A stretch of 63,317 nt of DNA, filler included, from Octopus bimaculoides (taxonomy: Eukaryota), in NCBI RefSeq assembly GCF_001194135.2. It is 6 parts of 6 records of this genome, joined end to end, with 100 filler letters (N's around TTAATTAATTAA, not from the genome) between each part and the next. Parts side by side here need not be neighbours in the genome. Positions count along the whole stretch, not along the records: positions 20,379 to 28,239 come from NC_068997.1; positions 28,340 to 33,529 come from NC_068983.1; positions 33,630 to 60,429 come from NC_068999.1; 3 more parts are not named here. One strand, 5' to 3'. Each line of letters opens with the position of its first letter. The stretch's first letter is position 1. This document shows, piece after piece, positions 21,811 to 33,662 of this stretch. A program made the translations under genes and the position numbers. The notes beneath the pieces are model-generated. The model did no database searches, was not told where the DNA came from, and was given only the letters and a program-made list of their open reading frames with translations.

Positions 21811-23174
21811 TATTAAAACTGTATTCAGATATTCATATAAGTTCATGTTATGTATATGTGTGCACACATGCAGGCACGCACACATGTAATGGAACAAAAC
21901 ACGCTATTTAACTGAGTAATAATATGCTTGCTACATTTAGTGTCTCCCCACCACCTTCTTATTGTAACAATAAGAGACAGGGAGGGAAGAGACCAAATAA
22001 TGTGTGTGTGTGTGCATACTTTTTGTTGTGCTCAGTTTAACATCACCAAAAACTTTCACCGTTTCTAATTATAATACTTGCAACCTCAGTGTTAAATTTC
22101 AATCAAGCTAACTTTAGTTGTTCCATATTTCTCAAACACAACATGGTTGTTGTGGCTGTTGTTGTTCTTCTTGTTTTCTACTTTTTAAAATGNNNNNNNN
22201 NNNNNNNNNNNNNNNNNNNNNNNNNNNNNNNNNNNNNNNNNNNNNNNNNNNNNNNNNNNNNNNNNNNNNNNNNNNNNNNNNNNNNNGTTGTTCCATATTT
22301 CTCAAACACAACATGGTTGTTGTTCTTCTTGTTTTCTACTTTTTAAAATGAATATCAGTTTTCTTTGTCTTTTTTTTTTATATATATATTTCTATACCTT
22401 TCTCCCTCCATCTCCCTCCCGTTCTCTGTTTTTATTTACGATTTGTATTTGCATTGTTTGTTACCTAGTATGTTTGTATGTAACTAGAGCCTGAGCCAGA
22501 GTGAGGGTGGGAGGTAAATGCTTAAAATGAGGGAGAGGGGGAGAGAGAGAGAGAGGGGAAGCGAGGGAGCTGCTGTAAATGACAGTGTATGGTTGGTATT
22601 AAAACTCAATTTCTCCTAGATGAGTTTTGATTAAAATTATTGACATTCTTTCTGCCCATCAAGGCAAAATTAGGTGAACAACTGATATTGATTTTACTCT
22701 TTCATTCATTCATTCATTCGTACATGCCAGTGGTGAAGGATTTTTGAATGCCATTTTGGCACTAAGAAATATTCCATGTGTGTGTGTGTGCAAATTTATC
22801 ATTTTCAACTTCTGTTCTTCCATGGTGATATTTATGTTTAATGTGTCATCTGCCTGGCCATATTTGACATTATGCCAATTCTGTAGTGTACTTATGGACA
22901 AGTCAATCTTGGTTGTTGTTCAGCCCTAGGTCAACCCTAATCTTTTGAGCTAGTTGTTGTTGGGCTTGTTGTGGGGGGTGGGAAAGGCAAGGTGCAGTGA
23001 GTGTCAAGAAGGGAGACAGAATGGCATCTGGTCAGTGTTGTCTTGTAATCCCACACTGCATTGTCTTGTCGTTATATAACAAGGACAGGACAATGTCAGG
23101 ACATCTTCAGTCAGGTTCATAACAAACTCAAAAAGTAAAACAGTGATTTGTTCATAAATATCAATCCTTTCTTT

Positions 23175-24145
23175 TATATGCACAAGGCCTGAAAAATTTT
23201 GTGGGGAGGGGTAAGTTGATTACATTGACCCGAGTGATCAACTGATACCTGTTTTATCATTACCGAAAGGGTCGATGGTGGCNNNNNNNNNNNNNNNNNN
23301 NNNNNNNGGGGGGGGGGGGATTTGGTGGAAATAGAACTGAGAAGTGATTGTTTGTTTCTGAACTTCAGAGAATTTGAACTCAGAATGCAAAGCCAGAAGA
23401 GATGCTGCTAAGCAATTAGTCCAACACACTAACGATTCTGCTAGCTCACCACCTTATTAATAATAATAATGATCCTTTCTACTACAGCCACAAGGGCTGA
23501 AATTTTAGGGGAGAAGACTAGTCGGTTACATCAACCCCAGTATTTCACTGGTACTGAAATTTATCGATCCCAAAAGGATGAAAGGCAAAGTCGACCTCAG
23601 CAGAATTTGAATTCAGAACATAATGACTGCCAGCTTACCCTCTTTAATAATAATAATAATAATAATGGTAATAATAACGACATTGATCCTTTCTACTGTA
23701 GATGCAAAGCCTGAATTTTTTGGAGGGCAGGGTAGCAGTTGGGTAGTCAATTTCATTGACCCCCAAAAGAATGAAAGGCAAGGTCAACCGTGATAGAAAT
23801 TGAACACGGAACTTAAAGTCAGCAGAAATGCTACTGAGAATTTTGTCCAGCATGCTAACAATTCTGCCAGCTTGTTCCACCTTAATAATAATAATAATAA
23901 TAATAATAATATTAATAATAATAATAATTGTTTCTAAACATAGGTACAAGGCTTGAAATTTGTGTCAGGGATTAATTGATAGTATTCACCACAGTACTGG
24001 ACTGATATTTTATTTTGTTGACTCTGGAAGGATGAAATACAACATTGACCTAAGCATAATTTGAACTCAGAATGCAAAGAGCCATAAATAAATATTGCCA
24101 GACATTTTTTTTTTTTTTTCAACATTTTAACAATTCTGCCTTTTC
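23175..24145 (-). mobile_element. Array of four decayed family B copies separated by (AAT)n tails
   Basis: Repeated ggatgaaaggcaaagtc/aatttgaactcagaa motifs at about 23380, 23580-23620, 23770-23810 and 24030-24075. Confidence 0.8.
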
Positions 24146-24321
24146 ACTATTTTTCTTCATCATCATCATCATTGTTGTAACATCCAATTGCTTGCTTGGA
24201 TCAGATAGAATTTAGTGAGGCAGGATTTTTACAGCTGGATGCCTTTCCTGTCAACAACCTTGACAATGTGTTATTTTCCCTTCAACCAGGCAGAATCATA
24301 AGCACACCTGGCACACCTGTT

Positions 24322-24435
24322 TAACTGCATTTTATCTGTCTTTACATTCTGAATTCAAATTTTGCCGAGGTTGACTTTGCCTTTCATCCTTTCAGTGTCG
24401 ATAAATTAAGTACCTGTCCTTGTGCCAGATTTTAA
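24322..24435 (+). mobile_element. Family B fragment
   Basis: ttctgaattcaaattttgccgaggttgactttgcctttcatcctttcagtgtcgataaattaagtacc. Confidence 0.82.
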
Positions 24436-24880
24436 AACTAAAATAATAATGATGATTTCTTACACAAGCACTAGTCACACCTGTTCTGAGGTGAGAAAAT
24501 AATCAAATGTATTAAGCCCAATGTCTGAATGGTACTTATTTTATTCACCATGGAAGATTGAAAAGCAAAGTTGATCTTGGCACAGTCTGAACTTCAAACG
24601 TACAGGAACATAGCGAAATTTCATTAGGCATATTTTTTTCAGCACTTTTCCAATTCTACCAAACCCTGAAATAAAAGGAATAAAAATAAAAGACCACCCC
24701 TGTCGAGCCCCCCTGATGGAGGTGTGGAAGGATTTGGTGGAAATAGGATTGAAAAGTAAATGTTTGTTTCCTAACTCCAGGGAATTCTGGGAAGATCAAT
24801 GAGATATCATCACCACCATCATCTTTATCATCATCATCATTGTTTTAACATCCACTTTTCCATGCTTGCGTGAGTTAGGC

Positions 24881-25237
24881 CAGTGATTCTCAACCAGGGT
24901 CCATATGATCCATTAGGGTCCATATAAGATTTTTGGGGATCCACACGACAAAATAGTAAATTGGGGATCCAGAATAGTATTTTAAGGGCCCCTGAAAAAA
25001 TGTTGCTTTGGATGTATGTATTGGTATTTATTGTAAGAAACAGCCAAGTTTCTTTCTCTTAACATTTTACAGAGTTCAAACTACCCAAGTGACTGTAAGT
25101 AATACAAAATAAGATGTTTGGAAGTAGTATTTATAAAACTAGGTTTTAAACATTGAATAGCTATGAGGTGGGGGTCACCGGAATAAAACAGTAATCAAAT
25201 GGGGTCAATAGATAAAAAAAATGGTTGAGAACCCCTG
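24881..25237. mobile_element. hAT (Charlie-like) MITE, 357 bp, nested in a family C fragment
   Basis: TIRs cagtgattctcaacc / ggttgagaacccctg (13/15 match). Degenerate 8-bp TSD agttaggc / gattagac. The host fragment is colinear on both sides. Confidence 0.85.
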
Positions 25238-25391
25238 GATTAGACAGAGTTGACTGAGAAAGATTTTCTATGGCCAGATGCCTTTAAAGTAAATATCAGA
25301 GATTCTGTTGTTATGTTTAGAAGAATTCAGATTTAGCCAATGACTCACATGCAGACACACACACACACACACACAGAACAAGGAAAGAGAG

Positions 25392-25720
25392 AGTGCATGG
25401 CTGTGTGGTCAAGAAGTTTACTTCCCAACCACATGGGTTCAGGTTCAGTCCCACTGTGGCACTTCGGGAAAGTGTCTTGTACTCTAGTCATGGGCCAACC
25501 AATGCTTTATGAGTGAATTTGGTTGAGGGAAACTGAAAGTCCATCACGCATGTGTGCCTATCATGTGTATGTGTGACAACCAATGTTGGTTTGTTTACAT
25601 CCCCCATAGCTTAGCAGTTTGACTAAAGAGATCAACAGAATAAGTACCAAACTTTGAAAATAAGTACTGGGGTTGATATGATTGACTAAACCCTCCAAAC
25701 TAAGTGGCCCTAGTATCTGA
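25392..25720 (+). mobile_element. SINE family A, heavily CpG-decayed
   Basis: catggctgtgtggtcaag head, aggttcagtcccactg B box, agaataagtacc...ggggttgat body. Confidence 0.8.
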
Positions 25721-25734
25721 AACAGACCAATAAG

Positions 25735-26105
25735 GTAACAAGCTGGCAGGAACGTTAGCATGCCGGGCAAAATGCTTAGCGATATTTCGTCTGTCAACTT
25801 TACCTTTCATCTTTTCAGGGTTGATAAATTAAGTACCAGTTTGAATACAAGGGTCGATCTAATCGACTGGCCCCCCCTCCCCAAAATTTCAGGTCTCGTG
25901 CAGAAACATTTGCACGCCAGTTGAACTGCTTAGCGGTATTTCATGTCTTTACGTTCTGAGTTCAAATTCCATCAAGGCCGTCTTTGCTTTTCATCCTCTC
26001 GGGGTCAATAAATTAAGTACCAGTTGCGTATTGGGGTAAATCTCATCGACTGCCCACCCACACCCACCTCCTCAAAAAATTTCAGGCCTTGTTTCTGGAG
26101 TTGAA
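25735..26105 (+). mobile_element. Two tandem family B copies
   Basis: agctggcaggaacgttagcatgccgggcaaaatgcttagc head, and two tcatc.t.tc.gggt..ataaattaagtaccagtt cores. Confidence 0.82.
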
Positions 26106-26607
26106 AAGAATATCTGAAACTAACCNNNNNNNNNNNNNNNNNNNNNNNNNNNNNNNNNNNNNNNNNNNNNNNNNNNNNNNNNNNNNNNNNNNNNNNNNNN
26201 NNNNNNNNNNNNNNNNNNNNNNNNNNNNNNNNNNNNNNNNNNNNNNNNNNNNNNNNNNNNNNNNNNNNNNNNNNNNNNNNNNNNNNNNNNNNNNNNNNNN
26301 NNNNNNNNNNNNNNNNNNNNNNNNNNNNNNNNNNNNNNNNNNNNNNNNNNNNNNNNNNNNNNNNNNNNNNNNNNNNNNNNNNNNNNNNNNNNNNNNNNNN
26401 NNNNNNNNNNNNNNNNNNNNNNNNNNNNNNNNNNNNNNNNNNNNNNNNNNNNNNNNNNNNNNNNNNNNNNNNNNNNNNNNNNNNNNNNNNNNNNNNNNNN
26501 NNNNNNNNNNNNNNNNNNNNNNNNNNNNNNNNNNNNNNNNNNNNNNNNNNNNNNNNNNNNNNNNNNNNNNNNNNNNNNNNNNNNNNNNNNNNNNNNNNNN
26601 NNNNNAA

Positions 26608-26845
26608 TATCATCATCATCATCATCATCATCGTTTAACGTCCGCTTTCCATGCTAGCATGGGTTGGACGATTTGACTGAGGACTGGTGAAACCGGATGG
26701 CAACACCAGGCTCCAGTCTGATTTGGCAGAGTTTCTACAGCTGGATGCCCTTCCTAACGCCAACCACTCAGAGAGTGTAGTGGGTGCTTTTACGTGTCAC
26801 CCGCACGAAAACGGCCACGCTCGAAATGGTGTCTTCGAGCGTGGC
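26608..26845 (-). mobile_element. Family C copy, low divergence
   Basis: Nearly identical to 30659-30915 over the tail and core. Confidence 0.9.
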
Positions 26846-27703
26846 CATATATATATATATGCATTAGAGGGTCAAGATATGTAAAAGTCTGGTTTATCGT
26901 GAACACACTCCATCCCTGCAAACATGAAAGAAAGAAAGAGAAAAAAAATACGAGCAAAAGTTTGCTAATGGGGTGTATGGTTAGGGTTAGGGTGCGTTGT
27001 AGAATTACAGTAAGTGTTGTTGTGAGAGAAAGACAAAATCTCCATTCCAAATTCCAACTTTTGAATCTGTATGGAGATTACTGTTTTCATTTTTGTTTTC
27101 TTTTTACTTTCTACTGTTTTTTTTTCTTTCTTTCCATTCTTTTTTTTCTTTCTCTTTCTCTCCTCCTCCTCTTTCTTAAACAAATCTATAGATTCTATTC
27201 CAAGAATAACTTGTCTAGTGCTGTAGTTGTTCTAATACCAGATTAAATGGCATTTCTCTTAGTCAATAAACCATGAACTTGTCTCTGACTTCACTTCAGT
27301 CTCTGTTTACTTACCTCATCATCATCATCATCATCATTTTCATCATCATCATCATCATCATCATTATTATGTTGCTATTTGCTTTCAGACTTTTTTTGTT
27401 TTGTTTTCCTCATTCCTCCTCTGACATGGTTTTATCTCATAGAAGTGGATATTTCAAGTCAACTTTGACAAAACAAGGAAGAATGCATTATCCATTTTAA
27501 TGCATTTCCTTAACCGTTATCTAAGGAATGGCCTACTATATGAGGCTGAATAGAAGAAGATATTTCTTTAATCTTCCTTTACCTTGGACTCTACTCTTTC
27601 TCCTCCCCACCTGCATCTATCAATCTATCAATCAATCTATCTGGCAATATATCTATCTACCTATCTTTCTATCTATCTACATATATCTATATATATTTTC
27701 ATT

Positions 27704-27765
<62 letters not shown>

Positions 27766-28239
27766 GCACACACACACACACACACACACTCTACAGATTC
27801 TGTGTATGACTTGACTGTTGCAAAATGATCTGTGTAAATAATTCAATATTACCATCTTGCCACAATAGGCAGCAGGAAAATTTTTCTTTAGAAATCAGCT
27901 ATATTTCCTTTAGCTATCTTTCCTTTTGTTTCTGACTTCTTTTAAATAAGACTAGAAATTATTATTATTATTATTCTTTTGTTTTGTTTTCTCATCTCCA
28001 TGTGTGCGTCTGTCTGTCTGTCTGTCTGTGTATTTGTGTCTATATGTATGTGTCTATATATATGTGTGTGTGTGCATACATATATATATGTATGTATATA
28101 TATATATCTGTATATATGCATATATATATGTGTGTGTGTATGTGTATATATGTATGTGTATATATATCTGTATATATGCATATATATATGTGTGTATATA
28201 TGCATGTGTGTGTGTATATATATGTATGTGTGTGTGTAT

Positions 28240-28339
28240 NNNNNNNNNNNNNNNNNNNNNNNNNNNNNNNNNNNNNNNNNNNNTTAATTAATTAANNNNN
28301 NNNNNNNNNNNNNNNNNNNNNNNNNNNNNNNNNNNNNNN
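28240..28339. other. Artificial 100-bp spacer
   Basis: N44-TTAATTAATTAA(28284-28295)-N44. Confidence 0.95.
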
Positions 28340-28559
28340 ATATATACAGACATACGTATGTATGTATGTATGTATGGATGGATGGATGGATGGACACACA
28401 CAAAAACCTTTTTCTTTTTTAGCCTTGAAGAGAGGAACCAATCTTTGGGTTTTGATTCTAGTCACATTACGAATGTACTTTAGCCAGGACAGATATCGCA
28501 GCTATTACTTTTAGCGACCGTAAGAGCTCTTGTCTTGTATTTTTCGTGCTTAAAAGCAA

Positions 28560-29150
28560 GAGTACTGCGATGTTATTTTCTTGACATTAATATCGTGGTG
28601 TTTTATTTTTGTTGAAAGAGATAAAATTAGCATATAACCAATGAAAGATGTTTTGAGGCCCATGCTGACGAAATTAGTGCATGTTTGGTATATGGTGTCT
28701 AAGTTGCGTGTGGAAGATGCATAGTGGGAAAGGTTTAAGGAGAATGAAGGCCAATATCGTCTGCATAAGTTTGGGCTCGGTTAGTCATAACGGCAAATAG
28801 ATCATTAATATTTGAAAGGAAGAAAAGAATAGGCCAAGCTAGTGTAATCAGATAGGAATATACCGATCAAAGAAATGTATAGCAAGTAGAGACCATACAC
28901 AGGAATTTTGATAAGAGTTTTCTACGCTAGGCACTGTTAGAAGGTTTCTTGATGTTTGCGGCGAGACCATTGCTTTCACTAAATTTCTCCACCGTTGAAT
29001 GACATAAGAGACTTGGTCTCCAGTGAATTTAGTTGAAAAGAAGTCGTTGGTGGCCATTAAGGGGAGCACTTGAATGGTAGTTTCCATCACCATAGAGATA
29101 CTGAAAGGGAGTGTCAATAGTTGGCAGCGTCAGAGGGGTTGCTTTCTTCG
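28560..29150 (-). mobile_element. Decayed reverse transcriptase of a CR1/Jockey-type LINE
   Basis: SDAANY..., ISMVMET, A.NIKK...LLSK, PILFFLSNINDLFAVMTNRAQTYADDIGLHS (YADD at 28756-28767), then I.HW..N.ISFN..K, with stops and frameshifts. Confidence 0.88.
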
Positions 29151-30658
29151 GTTTCTATGTATGTATGCATGTATGTATGTATTTATGTATGTATGTATGT
29201 ATGTATGTACGTGTGTATGTATGTATACACACGCACACACACACACACACGCACAAACACACTCACACATATATATATGGGTTCAAAAATCCTGAATGCA
29301 AAAGACAAAGACAGGCCAGGGAACAACAAAAATATTGTATTAATTTGATGCTCATGAAAAATGGAAGAAGTCTTTGACGTTTCGAGAAAGGAATGAGGAG
29401 AGAAAAAAATGAACGGAGAGAAAGGAAACCTTGTCTGGATTAAAGATTGCACATGTTGAATTGACCGAAAAGAAGGAAGTGGTTGGAGACAAGAGTAGCA
29501 AATGAGGAAATGAGGTAGGTAGCAGGGACCGGGCGCAAGCATTTGTGTGTACGTGTATATATNNNNNNNNNNNNNNNNNNNNNNNNNNNNNNNNNNNNNN
29601 NNNNNNNNNNNNNNNNNNNNNNNNNNNNNNNNNNNNNNNNNNNNNNNNNNNNNNNNNNNNNNCTAAAAAAAACACGCTTTCATTAGACCATGAATTAGTT
29701 TTCTATTTGATGTATTTTCACTTCTAATTAAACCTATTTCTATTCTAATTTAATCGTTGCCATGTTTATTTAGTTTTACAGCCTAGTGTTTTATTCGGAT
29801 CTTTTACGATTATAAAATCTTAATTTGTACTTACTTAACTATATATGTTCTCGCTATCAAATCTGGTTTTCTTTTCAACTTTAATGAACATTAAATATGG
29901 AATTAAAATATTTAAAACGCATTTCAGTTTGTTTTATTTCATTGAAATATCAATTCCATATGTAGATAAGTAACATTATGTTGGCATATGTAAGTCGTAA
30001 TTAGCTGCGCACTTAGTAAGTTTTGGGTGTAGGATTTCAAAAGCAATTATTACTTTTCCTTAATTTCTTGCTGATCAGACCAATAATTTTAACGACAACA
30101 ATTCTTCAAAGCTTTCTAATAGTACATTGAACTGTTAATTATGAGATTCTTATAGCAAAACCAAAGCACCTAAACCAAATACTAGAGCTGTTAAATAGAG
30201 AATTGTTACATATTTCAAATTATATAAAGATTAAATGATATTGGAAATAAGACTTTTTGCAAAGTATGGCGATTTCTTTCATTTTTTTATTCTTTCTATT
30301 TCACTTGTAATAACAACCACACGTGAGAACACCCTCCACTGACGATGCTTCTTAAGCAATCCCTTATATAAATGGTACTATGCCACAGATTATAGGGAGA
30401 AAGTTATCCATCTTAATTTTTGTCAACTTTATTACGTTTTAGAGAGTTTATGTAATTGCGAAACGAACGATGTACAGATATACCTAGCCACTATCTATTC
30501 GAACTCAGATGTAGAAAGAGAGAGAGAGAGATAGAGATAGAGAGAGAGAGAGAGAGTGAGAGAGAGAGGGGGGGAGAGAGAAAGAGAGAGAGAAGGAGTG
30601 ATTGGCGGGGCGAAACGCGCGCGTGCACATGAACGCACTCACACAAACACGCATATAT

Positions 30659-30915
30659 ATCATCATCATCATCATCATCGTTTAACGTCCGCTTTCCATG
30701 CTAGCATGGGTTGGACGATTTGACTGAGGACTGGTGCAACCGGATGGCTACACCAGGCTCCAATCTAATTTGGCAGAGTTTCTACAGTTGGATGCCCTTC
30801 CTAACGCCAACCACTCAGAGAGTGTAGTGGGTGCTTTTACGTGTCACCGGCACGAAAACGGCGACGCTCGAAATGGTGTCTTTTATACGCCACCCGCACA
30901 AGAGCCAGTCCAGGG
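30659..30915 (-). mobile_element. Family C copy, low divergence
   Basis: (cat)n tail, core, and gtgcttttacgtgtcaccggcacgaaaacgg...gagccagtccagggg module. Confidence 0.9.
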
Positions 30916-30991
<76 letters not shown>

Positions 30992-31589
30992 CAAGGGTAG
31001 GACAAAATAATGGAAACACCTAGCATCATAGTATCATAACTTTGAAATATTTATAAAACAGTCAACAGCTTATTTATTTTTGTTTTTTCATTTATTATTA
31101 GTGTTGCTTAATGTTTTGCTAAAGTTGCTGTTTCTTTAGACACAAAAATATTTACATATATACAACTAGATACACGTGCATATGCACACGTAATGGACAA
31201 GTATATACACATATATGTATAGCAACTCATATACGCAGGTATGCACGTGTACACATACATAAATATACGTACATAGCATAGATAAATATGTGCATAGATT
31301 CGTACGTAAAGCAAAATACACACGTCTGTGCAAAGCATGATACACGCACACATACTTGTGTTAATGCACTAGCATATACACATATAAACATACACCCGCA
31401 TACACGTATACACATGTTCACACTAATATACATACATACACCTACAAAAACGCAAATGCGCACAAATGAATGTGTAGACATACATATCTATATATATATA
31501 TATACATACACTCGCACACATGCACACACACACACACGCACACATACATGTACACATATATGCATATACATACACACACATATATATAT

Positions 31590-31621
<32 letters not shown>

Positions 31622-32222
31622 NNNNNNNNNNNNNNNNNNNNNNNNNNNNNNNNNNNNNNNNNNNNNNNNNNNNNNNNNNNNNNNNNNNNNNNNNNNNNNN
31701 NNNNNNNNNNNNNNNNNNNNNNNNNNNNNNNNNNNNNNNNNNNNNNNNNNNNNNNNNNNNNNNNNNNNNNNNNNNNNNNNNNNNNNNNNNNNNNNNNNNN
31801 NNNNNNNNNNNNNNNNNNNNNNNNNNNNNNNNNNNNNNNNNNNNNNNNNNNNNNNNNNNNNNNNNNNNNNNNNNNNNNNNNNNNNNNNNNNNNNNNNNNN
31901 NNNNNNNNNNNNNNNNNNNNNNNNNNNNNNNNNNNNNNNNNNNNNNNNNNNNNNNNNNNNNNNNNNNNNNNNNNNNNNNNNNNNNNNNNNNNNNNNNNNN
32001 NNNNNNNNNNNNNNNNNNNNNNNNNNNNNNNNNNNNNNNNNNNNNNNNNNNNNNNNNNNNNNNNNNNNNNNNNNNNNNNNNNNNNNNNNNNNNNNNNNNN
32101 NNNNNNNNNNNNNNNNNNNNNNNNNNNNNNNNNNNNNNNNNNNNNNNNNNNNNNNNNNNNNNNNNNNNNNNNNNNNNNNNNNNNNNNNNNNNNNNNNNNN
32201 NNNNNNNNNNNNNNNNNNNNNN

Positions 32223-32261
<39 letters not shown>

Positions 32262-32269
32262 TGAATCTA

Positions 32270-33240
32270 GATTGCAAGACCATATGTCAAATACAAGTTA
32301 TTCAAATATAGTTCCTCAAGTTCATGTGTATTAAGAGTTGTGGGTGCCACGTATACATCAAGTTATGTATGGTCTAGATTATAATACGTGAATGTATGAT
32401 TTGCTGTGTGTAGGTATCTGGGTAATTGTTCAGTGAATTTATTTATAATGCGCTCCTTTGTTAACATTATTGAGAGTGACTAACTCCTCGGAGTATAACT
32501 GGCATTTCCAGGATATAGTATTGTAGGGATTCGCGTGTCTAAGTATGGTCCATGTAAAGTTGTATTTTGTCTTCGCTTCCTTAAGCCTCCAGATAAAATC
32601 GACCAGTGATGTTACATTTTGTTTAAGGATATTTCGAAAGCTGGCGATGTGGTTGTGGCATCGGTTTTTGAAAAATTCGGCTGATGCCCCGATATATATA
32701 TAGTGGCCTTCTCTAGTGATTATAGTGTACTTGTATATCTCGTTCTTAGTCATAGAATGGTTATTTCAAAGGACAATTGGATCTATCTCTGCTTGAGCAT
32801 AACTGTTTGATTTTGTTGACTTGTGTACGTCGAGCGCTGGAAGGATTGGTTCTGCTAGGTATGCTGGTTGTCAAAATTACCGTTTTATTATCACTATGTG
32901 TTCTCAGTTTATTATTTGAATTGTTGCTGGTATTATTTGTAGGATGGTTATCATGGATATTGTAATTATTGCTCTGTTGGTTGGTAGTATATTTCGAGTT
33001 ATAAACGTTGACTTTAGGTTAGTCATCTAAGTTATGGTTGATGTCGAAAAGGTTATTCTGAGTCCTGATTAATCTTCGCCTCAGTTTACGGTTGTTAATC
33101 CTATGAATATGGTGGTCTAAGTTTCATGAATTTGCATAGGATAGTATTATAGTATGACAGTTGAATATTTTGCTGTACACTCTATTTTTAGGGAAACAGC
33201 GACCAAGTGCAGTGAAAAATTGTTTCGCGATCTTAGATTT
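32270..33240 (-). mobile_element. Second Penelope-like relic
   Basis: SYANS*NL..IHRINNRKL, Cys linker CSSRDRSNCPLK, then the GIY-YIG ORF 32439-32753 (IYKY...YIG...FKNR.HNH..SFR...FIWRLK...W.IL..A.PYN...KCQL). Confidence 0.85.
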
Positions 33241-33315
33241 CTCCGTTTTGTATATATATAGAAATAATACATTTCTAAATCTCTCAGAGAGATTTATGCA
33301 GTAGTGATACGATGA

Positions 33316-33526
33316 AGTAGTTGTATGCTGTCAACTTAATGTGACAGTCCCATAAAGGGAATAATACTACTGCTATTTAGCACTAGGAAGCAGGAGCGCT
33401 TCCTGTCGGCCTTGACACATTTCCTGTGTCCTTATGTTTACAAGGGGTGGGGGACTTGCACCTCCACCCAGCTAAGCCTGCATCCAGAGACTAGTTGACA
33501 CATTAAGTTGACAGCATACAACTACT
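33316..33526. mobile_element. 211-bp element bounded by perfect 28-bp inverted repeats
   Basis: agtagttgtatgctgtcaacttaatgtg (33316-33343) and its exact reverse complement (33499-33526). Related to 47360-47540. Confidence 0.9.
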
Positions 33527-33529
33527 GTA

Positions 33530-33629
33530 NNNNNNNNNNNNNNNNNNNNNNNNNNNNNNNNNNNNNNNNNNNNTTAATTAATTAANNNNNNNNNNNNNNN
33601 NNNNNNNNNNNNNNNNNNNNNNNNNNNNN
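33530..33629. other. Artificial 100-bp spacer
   Basis: TTAATTAATTAA at 33574-33585 between N runs. Confidence 0.95.

Positions 33630-33662
<33 letters not shown>

Noticed and set aside
22117-22350. Tandem duplication around a gap (22117-22192 vs 22287-22350)
   Set aside because: The two copies differ only by a 12-bp indel and flank an N-run. Most likely two alleles left unmerged by the assembler.
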